From positions 1,236,127 through 1,300,126 of the forward strand of contig JAWQFM010000019.1 of assembly GCA_033442325.1 (NCBI GenBank): a stretch of 64,000 nt of DNA, in the 5' to 3' direction. The DNA is from Salpingoeca rosetta (taxonomy: Eukaryota; Protista; Choanoflagellata). Every line of letters begins with the position of its first letter. The first letter of the stretch is position 1. Both the position numbers and the translations under genes were made by a program. Below are positions 51,401 through 64,000 of this stretch, piece by piece. A model generated the notes under the pieces. The model saw only the letters and a list, made by a program, of their open reading frames with translations, searched no databases and was not told where the DNA came from.

Positions 51401-53389
51401 GTCTGTTGTGTTTGTTGTGCGATGCTACTTCTGTGTGATTGTGTGTGCGTGTGTGTGTGTGTGTTCACCACAACCACGTCGTGTGCGCCCATAACCATCG
51501 TCTGTGCTCACGCATCTCCCATCTCTCCCTTTCTTCTTCTTCTTCTGCTCCCTTCCCTCTTCCCTCTTTCATCCCCACACGCACATGCACACAAAAACAT
51601 ATGGACGCTTGTGCAGGAGAAGTACAGGCTGTGTGTTGGAACCCATGGCATGGCACGCACAACCAAGCAAGGACCATGAGCAAGCAAGGACACAGGACAA
51701 GCAAGCAAGACGTGGGGCTGCCATAGACCACGCACCTCGTTGGAGAAGGAGGGGAGCGTGAGCGGGTGGTGTTGCATTGTGTTGTGTGTTGTGTCGTGTT
51801 GTGTCGTGTTGTTGTTGACAGCGTGCACGTCTCTCTCCCCTGTATCCTTCTGCCTTCCTCCTTCCCTTTCTCTCTCTGTTCTCTTGCCACAGCATGCACA
51901 CTGCTGCTGCTGTTGGCTGAAGGCGATGATGGCGGCTGATGGGGGAGTGAAGCGGTGTGGCGTAGCGTGGAGCTGTCGTTTGTTGTGTGTGTGTGTATTG
52001 CTTGCAGTTGATATGGGGATGCTTTCTCGCTTATTCTTGCCACGCGCGTGTGTATGTGTGTGTGTGTGTGTTTGCTTGCTGTCGTGTTGCTGAAGTGAAG
52101 TGGAAACATACAATGCAACACGCATGTGTGGCTGTGTGCATCGTGTGTTGGTGGTGGTGGATGGGTGTTGATGGTTGCAGTGCAGTAAACACGGTGTGTG
52201 TTGTTGTGATGTGAATTGGATTGGTGGTGAGCTGGGCGTGTGGCTGTGGAGTGGGTGCTACATGTAGGTGAGGACAGCAGCAGCAGCAGCTGTGAACGTG
52301 GGAGTGCAGGGAAAGGATGAAGCGAGTGGTGGTGGCAGCGACTGGTGGTGGTGGATGTGAACAGGGCTGATGGTGAAGAAGGCGGCGGTGTGGGCTTGAT
52401 GGGTTTACGATGTGTTGCAACACATGCAGCATGAAACATGAACGAGGCAGGAAAGGTAAGGGAAAGTCAGGGGAAGGAGTGGCGGCACAAAGTAGTGAAC
52501 AGGGACAAGGGAAGGCATGTAAGCACATGGAAAGAACAGCAGCAGTGGCAAGAATTGAAACAAGACAGAGGGGGGGGGGGGTTGGAACGCAGGTAAAATA
52601 GACAAACAAGGCTTGTGGTGACAAGGTGGTGACAGAAAGGGACGAAGGGAAGCACGAATGCAAACAGTGGGTTGTGTTGTGTGGTGCCGTGTGACAGTGA
52701 AGTGAAGGATGTGTGATGTTGTGAGGATACGTACTGTGTGGTGGTGAGTGGATGGAAGAGAGGGAGAGACGAGGATCTGGGTGAAGCATGTGGCAACAGG
52801 TGCAAAGCAACAATGCATCACATGGATTGTGGAATAGCAAAGGGCAGAGAGAAAGAAACAAGTGAGTGAAGGGTGAGACAAAGGGACAAAGCAGCACGTG
52901 CAGGGATGTGTGTTTTGTTGTGTTGTGTTGTGAGTGTGGAGGTGGAGCAAAGGAAGCAGAAGCGCTAACATTGCAGGCAGTAGCACGCATGCGCGAAGAG
53001 AGAAGGTAAAGTGGGAAGAGGAGAAGGCGATTGCAGCGAGCTTCTTATGCACCTGATCATATCGCTGCTGGAGGCGAGAGAGGAAGCGCAGGTGATGTCT
53101 GAGAGTGAATCCAAGAAGCGAGGCGATGCTGCTGAATGAAGTGGAGTGGCGTGGAGTGAAGTGGGGCGACAGAGCGGTGTGTGAATGAAGGTGTGTGAGT
53201 GATGGTGTGGATTGATAAAGGGTCGATTGCAGGTGCGTGCAGGCATGGTGGGTGAAGCAGTGACGCAGCGCTGAGTGAGTGGAGGAGTGTTGTCAAGTGA
53301 ACAAGGTGGAAGCAAGGGAAGTTGTGGGTACTTGCAAGCAACACGCACAGAGCAAGCAAGCGTACTCACGAGTGTCTGCAGCGAGCATT

Positions 53390-54030
53390 GGGGTGTAGTG
53401 GAGTGAATCCAATGCAAACAGGGGAAGTTGTGAGTGGTTGCGAGTGAGTAGACGGGTGTAGTGGAGTGAATCCAATGCAAGCAGGAGAAGTTGTGAGTGC
53501 CTGCGAGTAAGTAGACGGATGTAGTGAAGTGAATCCAATGCAAGCAGGAGATGTTGTGAGTGCTCGCGAGTGAGTAGAGGGATGTGGTGGAGTGAATCCA
53601 ATGCAAGCAGGAGAAGTTGCGAGTGCTCGCGAGTGAGTAGAGGGATGTGGTGGAGTGAATCCAATGCAAGCAGGAGAAGTTGCGAGTGCTCGCGAGTGAG
53701 TAGAGGGATGTGGTGGAGTGAATCCAATGCAAGCAGGGGAAGTCGTGAGTGCTTGCGAGTGAGTACACGGATGTGGTGGAGTAAATCCAATGCAAGCAGG
53801 AGAAACTGTGAGTGCCTGCAAGTAACACAGCAGTGAGTAGAGGTATCATTGTGGATTGAATCCAATGGAAACAGGAGAAGTTGTGAGTGCCTGCGAGTGA
53901 GTAGACGAATGTGGTGGGGTGAATCCAATGCAAGCAGGAGATGTTGTGAGTGCCTGCGAGTAACACAACAGTGAGTAGAGGGATGTGGTGGAGTGAATCC
54001 CATGCAAGCAGGAGAAGCTACCAATGCTTG
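53390..54030. repeat. 63-bp tandem repeat (minisatellite), about 10 units
   Basis: Anchor GAGTGAATCCAATGCAAGCAGG recurs at 53401, 53464, 53527, 53590, 53653, 53716, 53779, 53854, 53917 and 53991; two units carry an 11-12 bp insertion (taacaca.ca). Confidence 0.95.
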
Positions 54031-54300
54031 CAAGCAACATAGCAGCACTGCACAATCGCATGCAAGTGTGTCTGCAGTGAGCAGAGGATTGCTACTCATC
54101 CATTCCACTTTAATCAGAAACACGTTCNNNNNNNNNNNNNNNNNNNNNNNNNNNNNNNNNNNNNNNNNNNNNNNNNNNNNNNNNNNNNNNNNNNNNNNNN
54201 NNNNNNNNNNNNNNNNNNNNNNNNNNNCTCTCTCTCCCTTTTGCTTTCCGTGTCATCTCTCACTTAGCTGTGATTGTGAATCAAACCAGCCGTATCTCAG

Positions 54301-56207
54301 GTTGATCCGCAATCAGGCACCCCAAGCCTCGAGCTGAGACCATGCAACGGCAGCAGCGCTCAGGTGCGCGTAGCAATACTCAGCAGCACACGTGTGGGTT
54401 CTTCAATAAGTGGGGATGCGAAAACAATCGACTCGTGCGAGGCCGCATAGGCTCACCATATTGACCTGTGTGTTTGCCACACTTGCTTCTTGCTGGGTGT
54501 TCGGTGACGTGTTTATCAACACAGACATTTTGGTACAACGCAACGAGCCAGCAGATTGTGCACCCTGCCTCTGACAAGTGCGTTGACTTGGATCAACAAG
54601 ACCAGCTTGTGGAGCTGTACACGTGCAACTCCCCCGTCTCCTCGAACCAGCAGTGGAACTTCACCGCACACGGCAAGGTGTGTGTGTGTGCGTGTGTGTC
54701 TGTGTGTCTGTGTGTCTGTGTGTGCGTGTGTGTCTGTGTGTGCGTGTGTGTCTGTGTCTGTGTCTGTGTCTGTGTGTTTGTGATGTCTGTGTCTTGGAAT
54801 CTCTGCTACTTTGTGTGTATGCGTGTGTGTGTATGCTGACACCATGGTTCACGGTGGTTGCAACCTCAGGACACCATCTACATCCAGCCAGCTGCCACAA
54901 ACACTTCGTGCTTGACATCATGTGTTGGCATTCAACCAGGCAACGTTGGGCGTGTCAACAAGGTGTGTGTGTGTGTGTGTTTCTGGGTGCCAGTGTCTGT
55001 TGGCCTGTGCACCTTACTTTGTGGGATTGTTTACTTGTTTGTTTACTTTGTGTGTCATGAATGAATTCATCGTTGTACACATGTCACATCACGCCAACAA
55101 CACGGACAGGTCACACGGCAGAAGAACGTGGTTTACATCACCACCAACACCACCGCCACCATCAATGTATGTGAACATGACATGTCGAATGTGTCTTGAG
55201 AACCCAGAGCGCTCCTCGCCTCTGTTGTTGCCTGCCGTATGCCCTGACGCACGTTTCCATACACACACACACACAATACACAATACACAATACAACACAA
55301 CGATAACACACAACACATGTTCAGGTGACGCTGTATGCTGCTGATGTGTTCCGCATCTCTGCGGGGACGGTGCGACCGTTTGACGACAGCATTGGATCGC
55401 AGATCGTCGCCTCCACCACATTCGATTCCGTAAGCGCCGTGGAGTGGGGGGGGGTGTTGGTGGTTTGTTTGTCCCTGCTGCGCAGTTTCATCAGCGTGCG
55501 CATTGTGTTTTGCAGCGGCGTGATTGGCATCGTGTGCACTGTTGTGTGTGGTACCTTTGTGCGGTGCTGTGTGTTGCAGCCTGCACTTGTGCACATCCAC
55601 CACCACCGTCACCTCTTTCCTTCCTTCCTTCTGTATTTCTGTTGCTTTCATCGTATCCATTGGCCGCCTGCAGACAGCGACGCCGAAATACAGCGACAAC
55701 GACACGACCATCACCTTCTCAACCTCCAAAGTCATCATCACCATCAACAAAAACCCCATCCTCTTCACGTGAGCACACAAATATGCGTCATCCCACCCAA
55801 TATGTACTGCTCCGCGTGCCATGCTGCCACGCTTCATGCGCACACCCATTCGCATCCTCACTTTGCGTGTATGCTCGTGTGTGTGTGTGGGTGTGGGTGT
55901 GCGTGCGTGCGTGTGCGTGTGTGTGTGTGTACATTTTATGTGTTCGTGTGCTTTACTGTGCATATGTGCCTTGAATTTGCACCCCCTGCAGGGTGCTCAA
56001 TGCCACCAGCGGCGCCGTCCTGTTTGCTGAGCGAGAGCCACTGCTCTGGAACACGTGAGATGAGACAATCAGTTGCATTACCATTTTGCTCCAGACACTG
56101 GCCGCGTTCTATGACTACCCCGTCGTCTTTGCTTTCATCATCGCGCCGCCATCGCGTCTTCCCACACCATCATCATCATCACCACCATCATCACCATCAT
56201 CATCACC

Positions 56208-56238
<31 letters not shown>

Positions 56239-56294
56239 CCATCATCACCATCATCACCATCATCATCACCATCATCACCATCACCACCATCATC

Positions 56295-56386
<92 letters not shown>

Positions 56387-56920
56387 CATCATCACCACCA
56401 TCATCATCATCATCATCACCATCATCACCATCATCATCATCATCATCAGGACGAGTACGCGGCAGTCGCTGCTGCGCGGCGCTCGAGAGCATTTCTACGG
56501 CGGCGGAATGCAGAACGGATACTTCTCCCACAGGTCACATCCCATGGTGGTGGTGGTGGTGGTGGTGGTGGAGTGAGGGCGACGCAAGAGGAGGACGTGG
56601 TTGTTGTGTATTGCAGCTTGCCTTTTTCTACGTTGTGGTTGCTTGTTGAGATGCGTTCCTCCGTACAGGTACAGTTGCATTGACAAACTCACAATACTCG
56701 CTCTCATTTGGTGACATGACGATGCACTGTCGTTGCGTCTGCTGCGTTCCTTCCCTTCTCTGGAAACACGTGACTGCCCCGACTGCTCGCGTCAGGGGTG
56801 CGGAGGTTCTGATTCAAGAGGGCGGTGGGTGGAAGAATGGCGGCAGGCCAAACCCGGTCCCCTTCTACATGTCAACAAGTCAGTTGGTGCACCCCCTGTA
56901 ACTCAGTCGTGTGTGTGTGT

Positions 56921-56959
<39 letters not shown>

Positions 56960-58089
56960 TGTGTCTGTCTGTGTCTGTGTCTGTGTCTGTGTCTGTGTCT
57001 GTGTCTGTGTGTGTGAAAGTGCCTTTTGTCCTCGACCTTCCGCTGCTGTCTGCCACCCTTCCACTGCTGTCCATCCCCTAGCCCACTCAATTCCATCTCG
57101 CTCAACGTTTCGCCACGCTCCTCCTTCCATCAACAGACGGCTATGGTGTTCTGCGCAACACATATGCGCCTGGCCAGTACAACTTTCTCGACAACGCCAC
57201 CTACTCCCACGACGAAGCGCAGTGAGTGCATATCAGCACACTCACACACACACACGCACTTGTGCAGCGTTCTCGCCTGTTGTTATGCTGTGCATTGTTC
57301 AGGTGGCTCTATGCTCCCTCTAGCTGCAATTAATTGAGACTGCTCGTTCCCGCCTCGTTTGCTTACCACGGCGGTATCGTTACGTGACGCGACTGTGCTG
57401 CCCGCCATTGCAGGTTTGACGGGTTTTACGTCGTTGGCGGCCTGAAGCGCATCCTTGACCTCTACACTCAGGTGCGTGACATGCATGTGTTTTCCCGACT
57501 CACTCCCGTACGCGCAAGTGCACACACAAACACACGTACACGCACGCACATGCACACACATGCACACACATGCACACACATGCACACACATGTGTGTGTG
57601 TGCGAGCAAAGTTTCCCTTCCACAAAACCTCAGGGTTGTCATCCTTTTGCTGCTGTTGCTTGTTTCGCTTGCAGGCAACGGGTCGGCCGTTTCTGCCACC
57701 AATCTGGGGGCTGACACTTGGGGACTCCGACTGCTACAACCAAAAGAACAGGACAACGACCGACATCATTGCTGTGGCAAAGAACTACTCGGCTTACGAC
57801 ATCCCAGGTGAGTTGAGGCAACTGCGTGCTCAGTCTGGGTAAACAAACTCCCGCGCTGATGCTGCGTGTCGCATGCTCTTTTCGCGCTTGTCGCGTGCCA
57901 TCACCACCGCCATAACTACCACCCCTGCTGCTGCTGGTGCTGCTGCTCAGGCGGGTGGATGATTCCCAATGACGGGTACGGGTGCGGGTACACGCGTCTC
58001 GCGTATGTCATTTCGCAGCTGCACGACCTGGGCAAATACACCGCCCTCTGGACCTCGACGGGGCTCGCAAACGCAACATGGGAAATTGG
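54301..58089 (+). CDS. Ricin-B lectin plus GH31 glycosidase resembling Nag31-type alpha-N-acetylgalactosaminidases; partial at both ends because of gaps
   Basis: Ricin repeats ([20 protein letters not shown]); GH31 N-domain ([70 protein letters not shown]); TIM-barrel start ([39 protein letters not shown]). Confidence 0.8.
56166..56447. repeat. (CAT/CAC)n trinucleotide tract of about 280 bp in a GH31 intron, abutting the 3' splice site
   Basis: Direct reading; flanking exons join in frame (..WNT|TSTRQSL) without it. Confidence 0.85.
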
Positions 58090-58110
58090 TGGGTGTTGGT
58101 TGCGTTTTGT

Positions 58111-58199
<89 letters not shown>

Positions 58200-58286
58200 T
58201 GTGTGTGTGTATTGTCTTGTGCACTTGTGTGTGCGTGTGTGTGCGTGTGTGTGTGGTTTGTGTCTGTGGTTTGTGTCTTAGGCTGT

Positions 58287-58386
58287 NNNNNNNNNNNNNN
58301 NNNNNNNNNNNNNNNNNNNNNNNNNNNNNNNNNNNNNNNNNNNNNNNNNNNNNNNNNNNNNNNNNNNNNNNNNNNNNNNNNNNNNN
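58287..58386. other. Assembly gap (100 N, probably a placeholder)
   Basis: Run of N; both flanking convergent genes lack their 3' parts. Confidence 0.95.
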
Positions 58387-58653
58387 GTCTTGCCCAGAGG
58401 GGAAACGAACATGCATCCACAGGCACCGTCACCATCATGTCATCTGATGGCACCCAGCAACGAGGCATGGCGTGTTGCGACAGGGACATGCGGTGAGCTT
58501 GCACCCTTGAGAGAGGGTGTGGTGTACAAGTTGGACAACCAGGCGAACAGGAACACGCTCACACACCAGGGTGTAACCACAAATATCACGAGCTTTTTGA
58601 GAGCATATGCACACACACACACACACAACCACACACACACACACACACACACG

Positions 58654-58713
<60 letters not shown>

Positions 58714-59127
58714 AACAACAACACCGCACTCTTGTTGTAGGATGGACGACGACGGCGCACTGCGACCTTGACGGTGCCCACAAGCGCGAGATCAAGAAAG
58801 AGGGCAAAGCAGAACTGCCATGCTGCTTGGTGCAAGGCTTCCCGAGTCATGAGGGGCACTTTCGCAGCATCCCACAAGGGCCCGAGTACGCTGCCGGGCT
58901 TGATATGTGGAACGTGGGCTAGCCACGATGCCAGCTTGGAATCTGGCTCTGTGGCGTCGGGGTGTGTGGCAGCTACGAGGAATGCAGCAAAGACAAGCCA
59001 AGGCACACCGTGTCCACTCCACTCCAGCACCTTGAACAGCATCTCATATCCCCAGCCTCGCACATGACACCTGTACTCGTGCGATCGCGAAGTTGTGTGC
59101 AGTGGTTGAGTTGTGTGTGTGTGTGTA

Positions 59128-59187
<60 letters not shown>

Positions 59188-59380
59188 GCCCAACACAAAT
59201 CACACGCACGGTACGAGCGCATGCACGGAATGTCCAACACAAATCACACGCACGCACACATGCGCATACACACACGCACCGCTGTGAGAGCTGCTCATCC
59301 CATGCAACGAGGCGGGCCAACAGTGAGGTTGCTGGTGCAGGTTTGCGAGTCCTGCCGCTTCGCTGTTGTCGCGCTGTCAT
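58387..59380 (-). CDS. PAP2-family polyisoprenoid diphosphate phosphatase (PLPP6/PPAPDC2-like); 3' end in gap
   Basis: LEWSGHGVPWL, ALFLDLALVGTVKVAVRRRRPSYN, DMMVTVPVD..SFP(SG); matches PLPP6 motifs ISGHGIPW, VRRRRP and SFPSGH. Confidence 0.85.
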
Positions 59381-59727
59381 CTTCGGCAGTGGTTACGGAA
59401 AATTATGAACACTGTTTTCATTTCTCGGCAACACAAACACAGCAACTGCTTGCACTCCCACGCAAGCGCACAACAAACTGTCAACTGACTTTCTAAACCA
59501 TCACACACCAGCCAGGCAGGCAGAGACACAAACGGACAGCCAAACAACACATGGTGCCCTTCCCTCTTATCTCTCGGTCTATGGCACCTCGGTGTGCTCT
59601 CTCTCTCAATAAAAGCAACGCCCAGCAACAACGAAGAAGAAAGGGGAAGCAGCGACAACAAAAAAGGTGCATGCGACACTCAGCACACAAGTCGTGCTAT
59701 TGCTGGTGGCGGCATGTTGGGCTAGGG

Positions 59728-59805
<78 letters not shown>

Positions 59806-59853
59806 GGGAGTTTGCGTGGATTGTAGTGGGGAAAGGTTGCAGAGTCGTGTGGT

Positions 59854-62192
<2,339 letters not shown>

Positions 62193-62545
62193 GGCGGCTG
62201 TTGTTGTTGTGGCGACGTGGACGAGGTGAAAGGCAGAGAATACGCAGTCGTGCGTGAATGGCAGATCTTCAGCAGGAACTCAGACGATGCTGTGTGCGGT
62301 GTGTGAGGTGCGTGAGTGGTGAGTGCGATGAGCTGCTGTGTTTGTGGGAAGGACGTGTGTCAGTTGGGGAGGAAGGAAGTAAGTTCTTGCTCTGGCACTT
62401 CTCAGCAAACGGTTTTTTGGCGTGGTGGATGTAGAGGTTTCGACCATGTTTTCTGCTAAAATTCCACCCAAACATAGCCAGCAAACACCCAACGCAGCAC
62501 AACACCACTTGCTTGCCCTTGCTTGTCCTTGCTGCAGGCTCTGTG

Positions 62546-63137
62546 ATGATGATGGCTGGTCGGTTCAGTGCAGCTGTGGCGATGTGTGCCACCTTGCTTG
62601 TGCTGACAGCAGGCTGCGTCCACACTGTTCAAGGACACGCATCCATGGACCAAGTAGAGGTGCGTGCCTTAGTGTGTGTGTGAGTGTGAGTGTGTGTGTG
62701 TGTGAGTGTGTGTGTGTGTGTGTGTGATGTTTTATTGCGTGTGTGTGTGTGTGTTTGCCGCCCCAAACACACGTGCACATGCATGGCAAACTCACTGCTC
62801 GACGCATTTTACTCTTCAGGTTGATTTTGATGCGAAGCCAAATGGACAAACATCTACAGCCGTCGCCAGCATGGTGTGTGTGCCATGTGTGTGTGTGCGC
62901 CACGTGTGTCATGTGTGACAAGCATTGTTCATTCGTCAAACCGTCTCCAATACGCACTTGCACACCTGCACACTCTCGTAGATGAAGCCGGATGATTCAG
63001 GCGAGGTGACCTGTGCGTTTGAGTACGCCGTTGTGGGCGGCACAAACGAGCAATGGTTCATCACCATCGAACGGGCAGATGACATGTACCGCTGCGTCGT
63101 GCAAAGGTATGTGAATGTGCATGTGCGTGTGTGTGCA

Positions 63138-63230
<93 letters not shown>

Positions 63231-63868
63231 TCGTCAGCCCAGCGCCCTTGCCCACGCCCAGAGCACACTCACTTTCACACACACTCTCTCTCTCACACAC
63301 ACACACTCTCTCACTACCGCCGCTTCACCCACGCAACCTTGGCTGTGCAGGCCAAAGGAGGCGTCTTACCTGTACTTTATGACGTTCCGATTGGAGATGA
63401 GTGGAGTGGATAGCATCCAAAGCGTCGAGATCAGGGTGCGTGTGGTCGAACGCCTGTGCGCGCGCGTCATGCCGAGTGGCGTGTGCAATGCCATTGACCC
63501 AACGTGCATTGTCTGCCAAGGCATCATCGTCGTACTTACATCCATATGCATGTGTGCCACAGGACAACAACGAGCTCTTGGGCGATGACCAATACAACCT
63601 CAGCGACCTCACAGGTACAACTTGTGAACGTGTGTGTGTGTGTGTACATGTGTGTGTGCACGTGTGTGTACATGTGTGTGTGTGTGCACATGTGTGTGTG
63701 CGTGTATAAGACCCCACGTGCTGTATCTATCTCGGTGCGGTTTTCTCTCGCACTGTTCTCATTCACTTCCCGCTCACACCCACTATCCTGGCTCCCATCA
63801 CTGCTCTAGTGTCTGCGAGTGACAACTTTTCCAACGCCCTCGCCAGCATCGCCGTCATCGCGTCGTAA
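62546..63868 (+). CDS. MYDGF: Myeloid-derived growth factor (C19orf10/UPF0556) homologue with signal peptide
   Basis: Six exons: MMMAGRFSAAVAMCATLLVLTAG.. / VDFDAKPNG / TCAFEYAVVGGTNEQWFI..CVVQR / PKEASYLYFMTF / DNNELLGDDQY / VSASDNFSNALASIAVIAS*. Matches MYDGF motifs FDVRPGG, GGTNEQW and RP..SYLYF. Confidence 0.85.
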
Positions 63869-63902
63869 CTGATCTGAAAAAAAAAAAAACAACCACACAC
63901 AC

Positions 63903-64000
<98 letters not shown>

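Noticed and set aside
40100-53300. RNase P/MRP RNA, tRNA or snRNA genes near POP7
   Set aside because: No conserved P4 motifs or cloverleaf recognised by eye; an Infernal/Rfam scan would be needed to exclude them.
53390-54030. Possible CRISPR array
   Set aside because: Whole 63-bp units repeat with no unique spacers, no cas genes are present, and the context is eukaryotic.
55325-56683. 452-aa poly-His ORF and the antisense poly-Met and poly-Asp ORFs
   Set aside because: They derive from the intronic (CAT)n tract; the GH31 exons splice around it in frame.

Overview
Intron-rich eukaryotic DNA with (CA)n/(TG)n microsatellites in most introns and six N-gaps. Gene content (receptor tyrosine kinase, flagellar PF20, MYDGF) and intron style point to a choanoflagellate, probably Salpingoeca rosetta; this is inference. 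Most supplied ORFs are microsatellite artefacts, so genes were rebuilt by hand from GT-AG exons. Fifteen genes in order: a 5'-truncated furin/GCC Cys-rich kinase-less receptor with a repeated YDV tail (+); ricin-B plus GH3 beta-xylosidase (-); SPRTN (+); NudC (-); a large L-domain/EGF/FN3 receptor tyrosine kinase (+); crooked neck (-); SmF (+); PF20/SPAG16 (-); syntaxin 7/12-like (+); POP7 (-); an orphan Q-rich coiled-coil gene (-) flanked by a duplicated non-coding block; ricin-B plus GH31 Nag31-like glycosidase (+, broken by gaps); PLPP6-like phosphatase (-); Rab6 (-); MYDGF (+). About 8 kb (45.4-53.3 kb) has no recognisable CDS and is followed by a 63-bp satellite. The strongest leads are the insulin-receptor-like non-RD kinase with no activation-loop Tyr, the kinase-less pTyr-array receptor, the bacterial-type alpha-GalNAcase candidate, and a MYDGF lacking an ER-retention signal. 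No database searches were run; family calls rest on recalled motifs.
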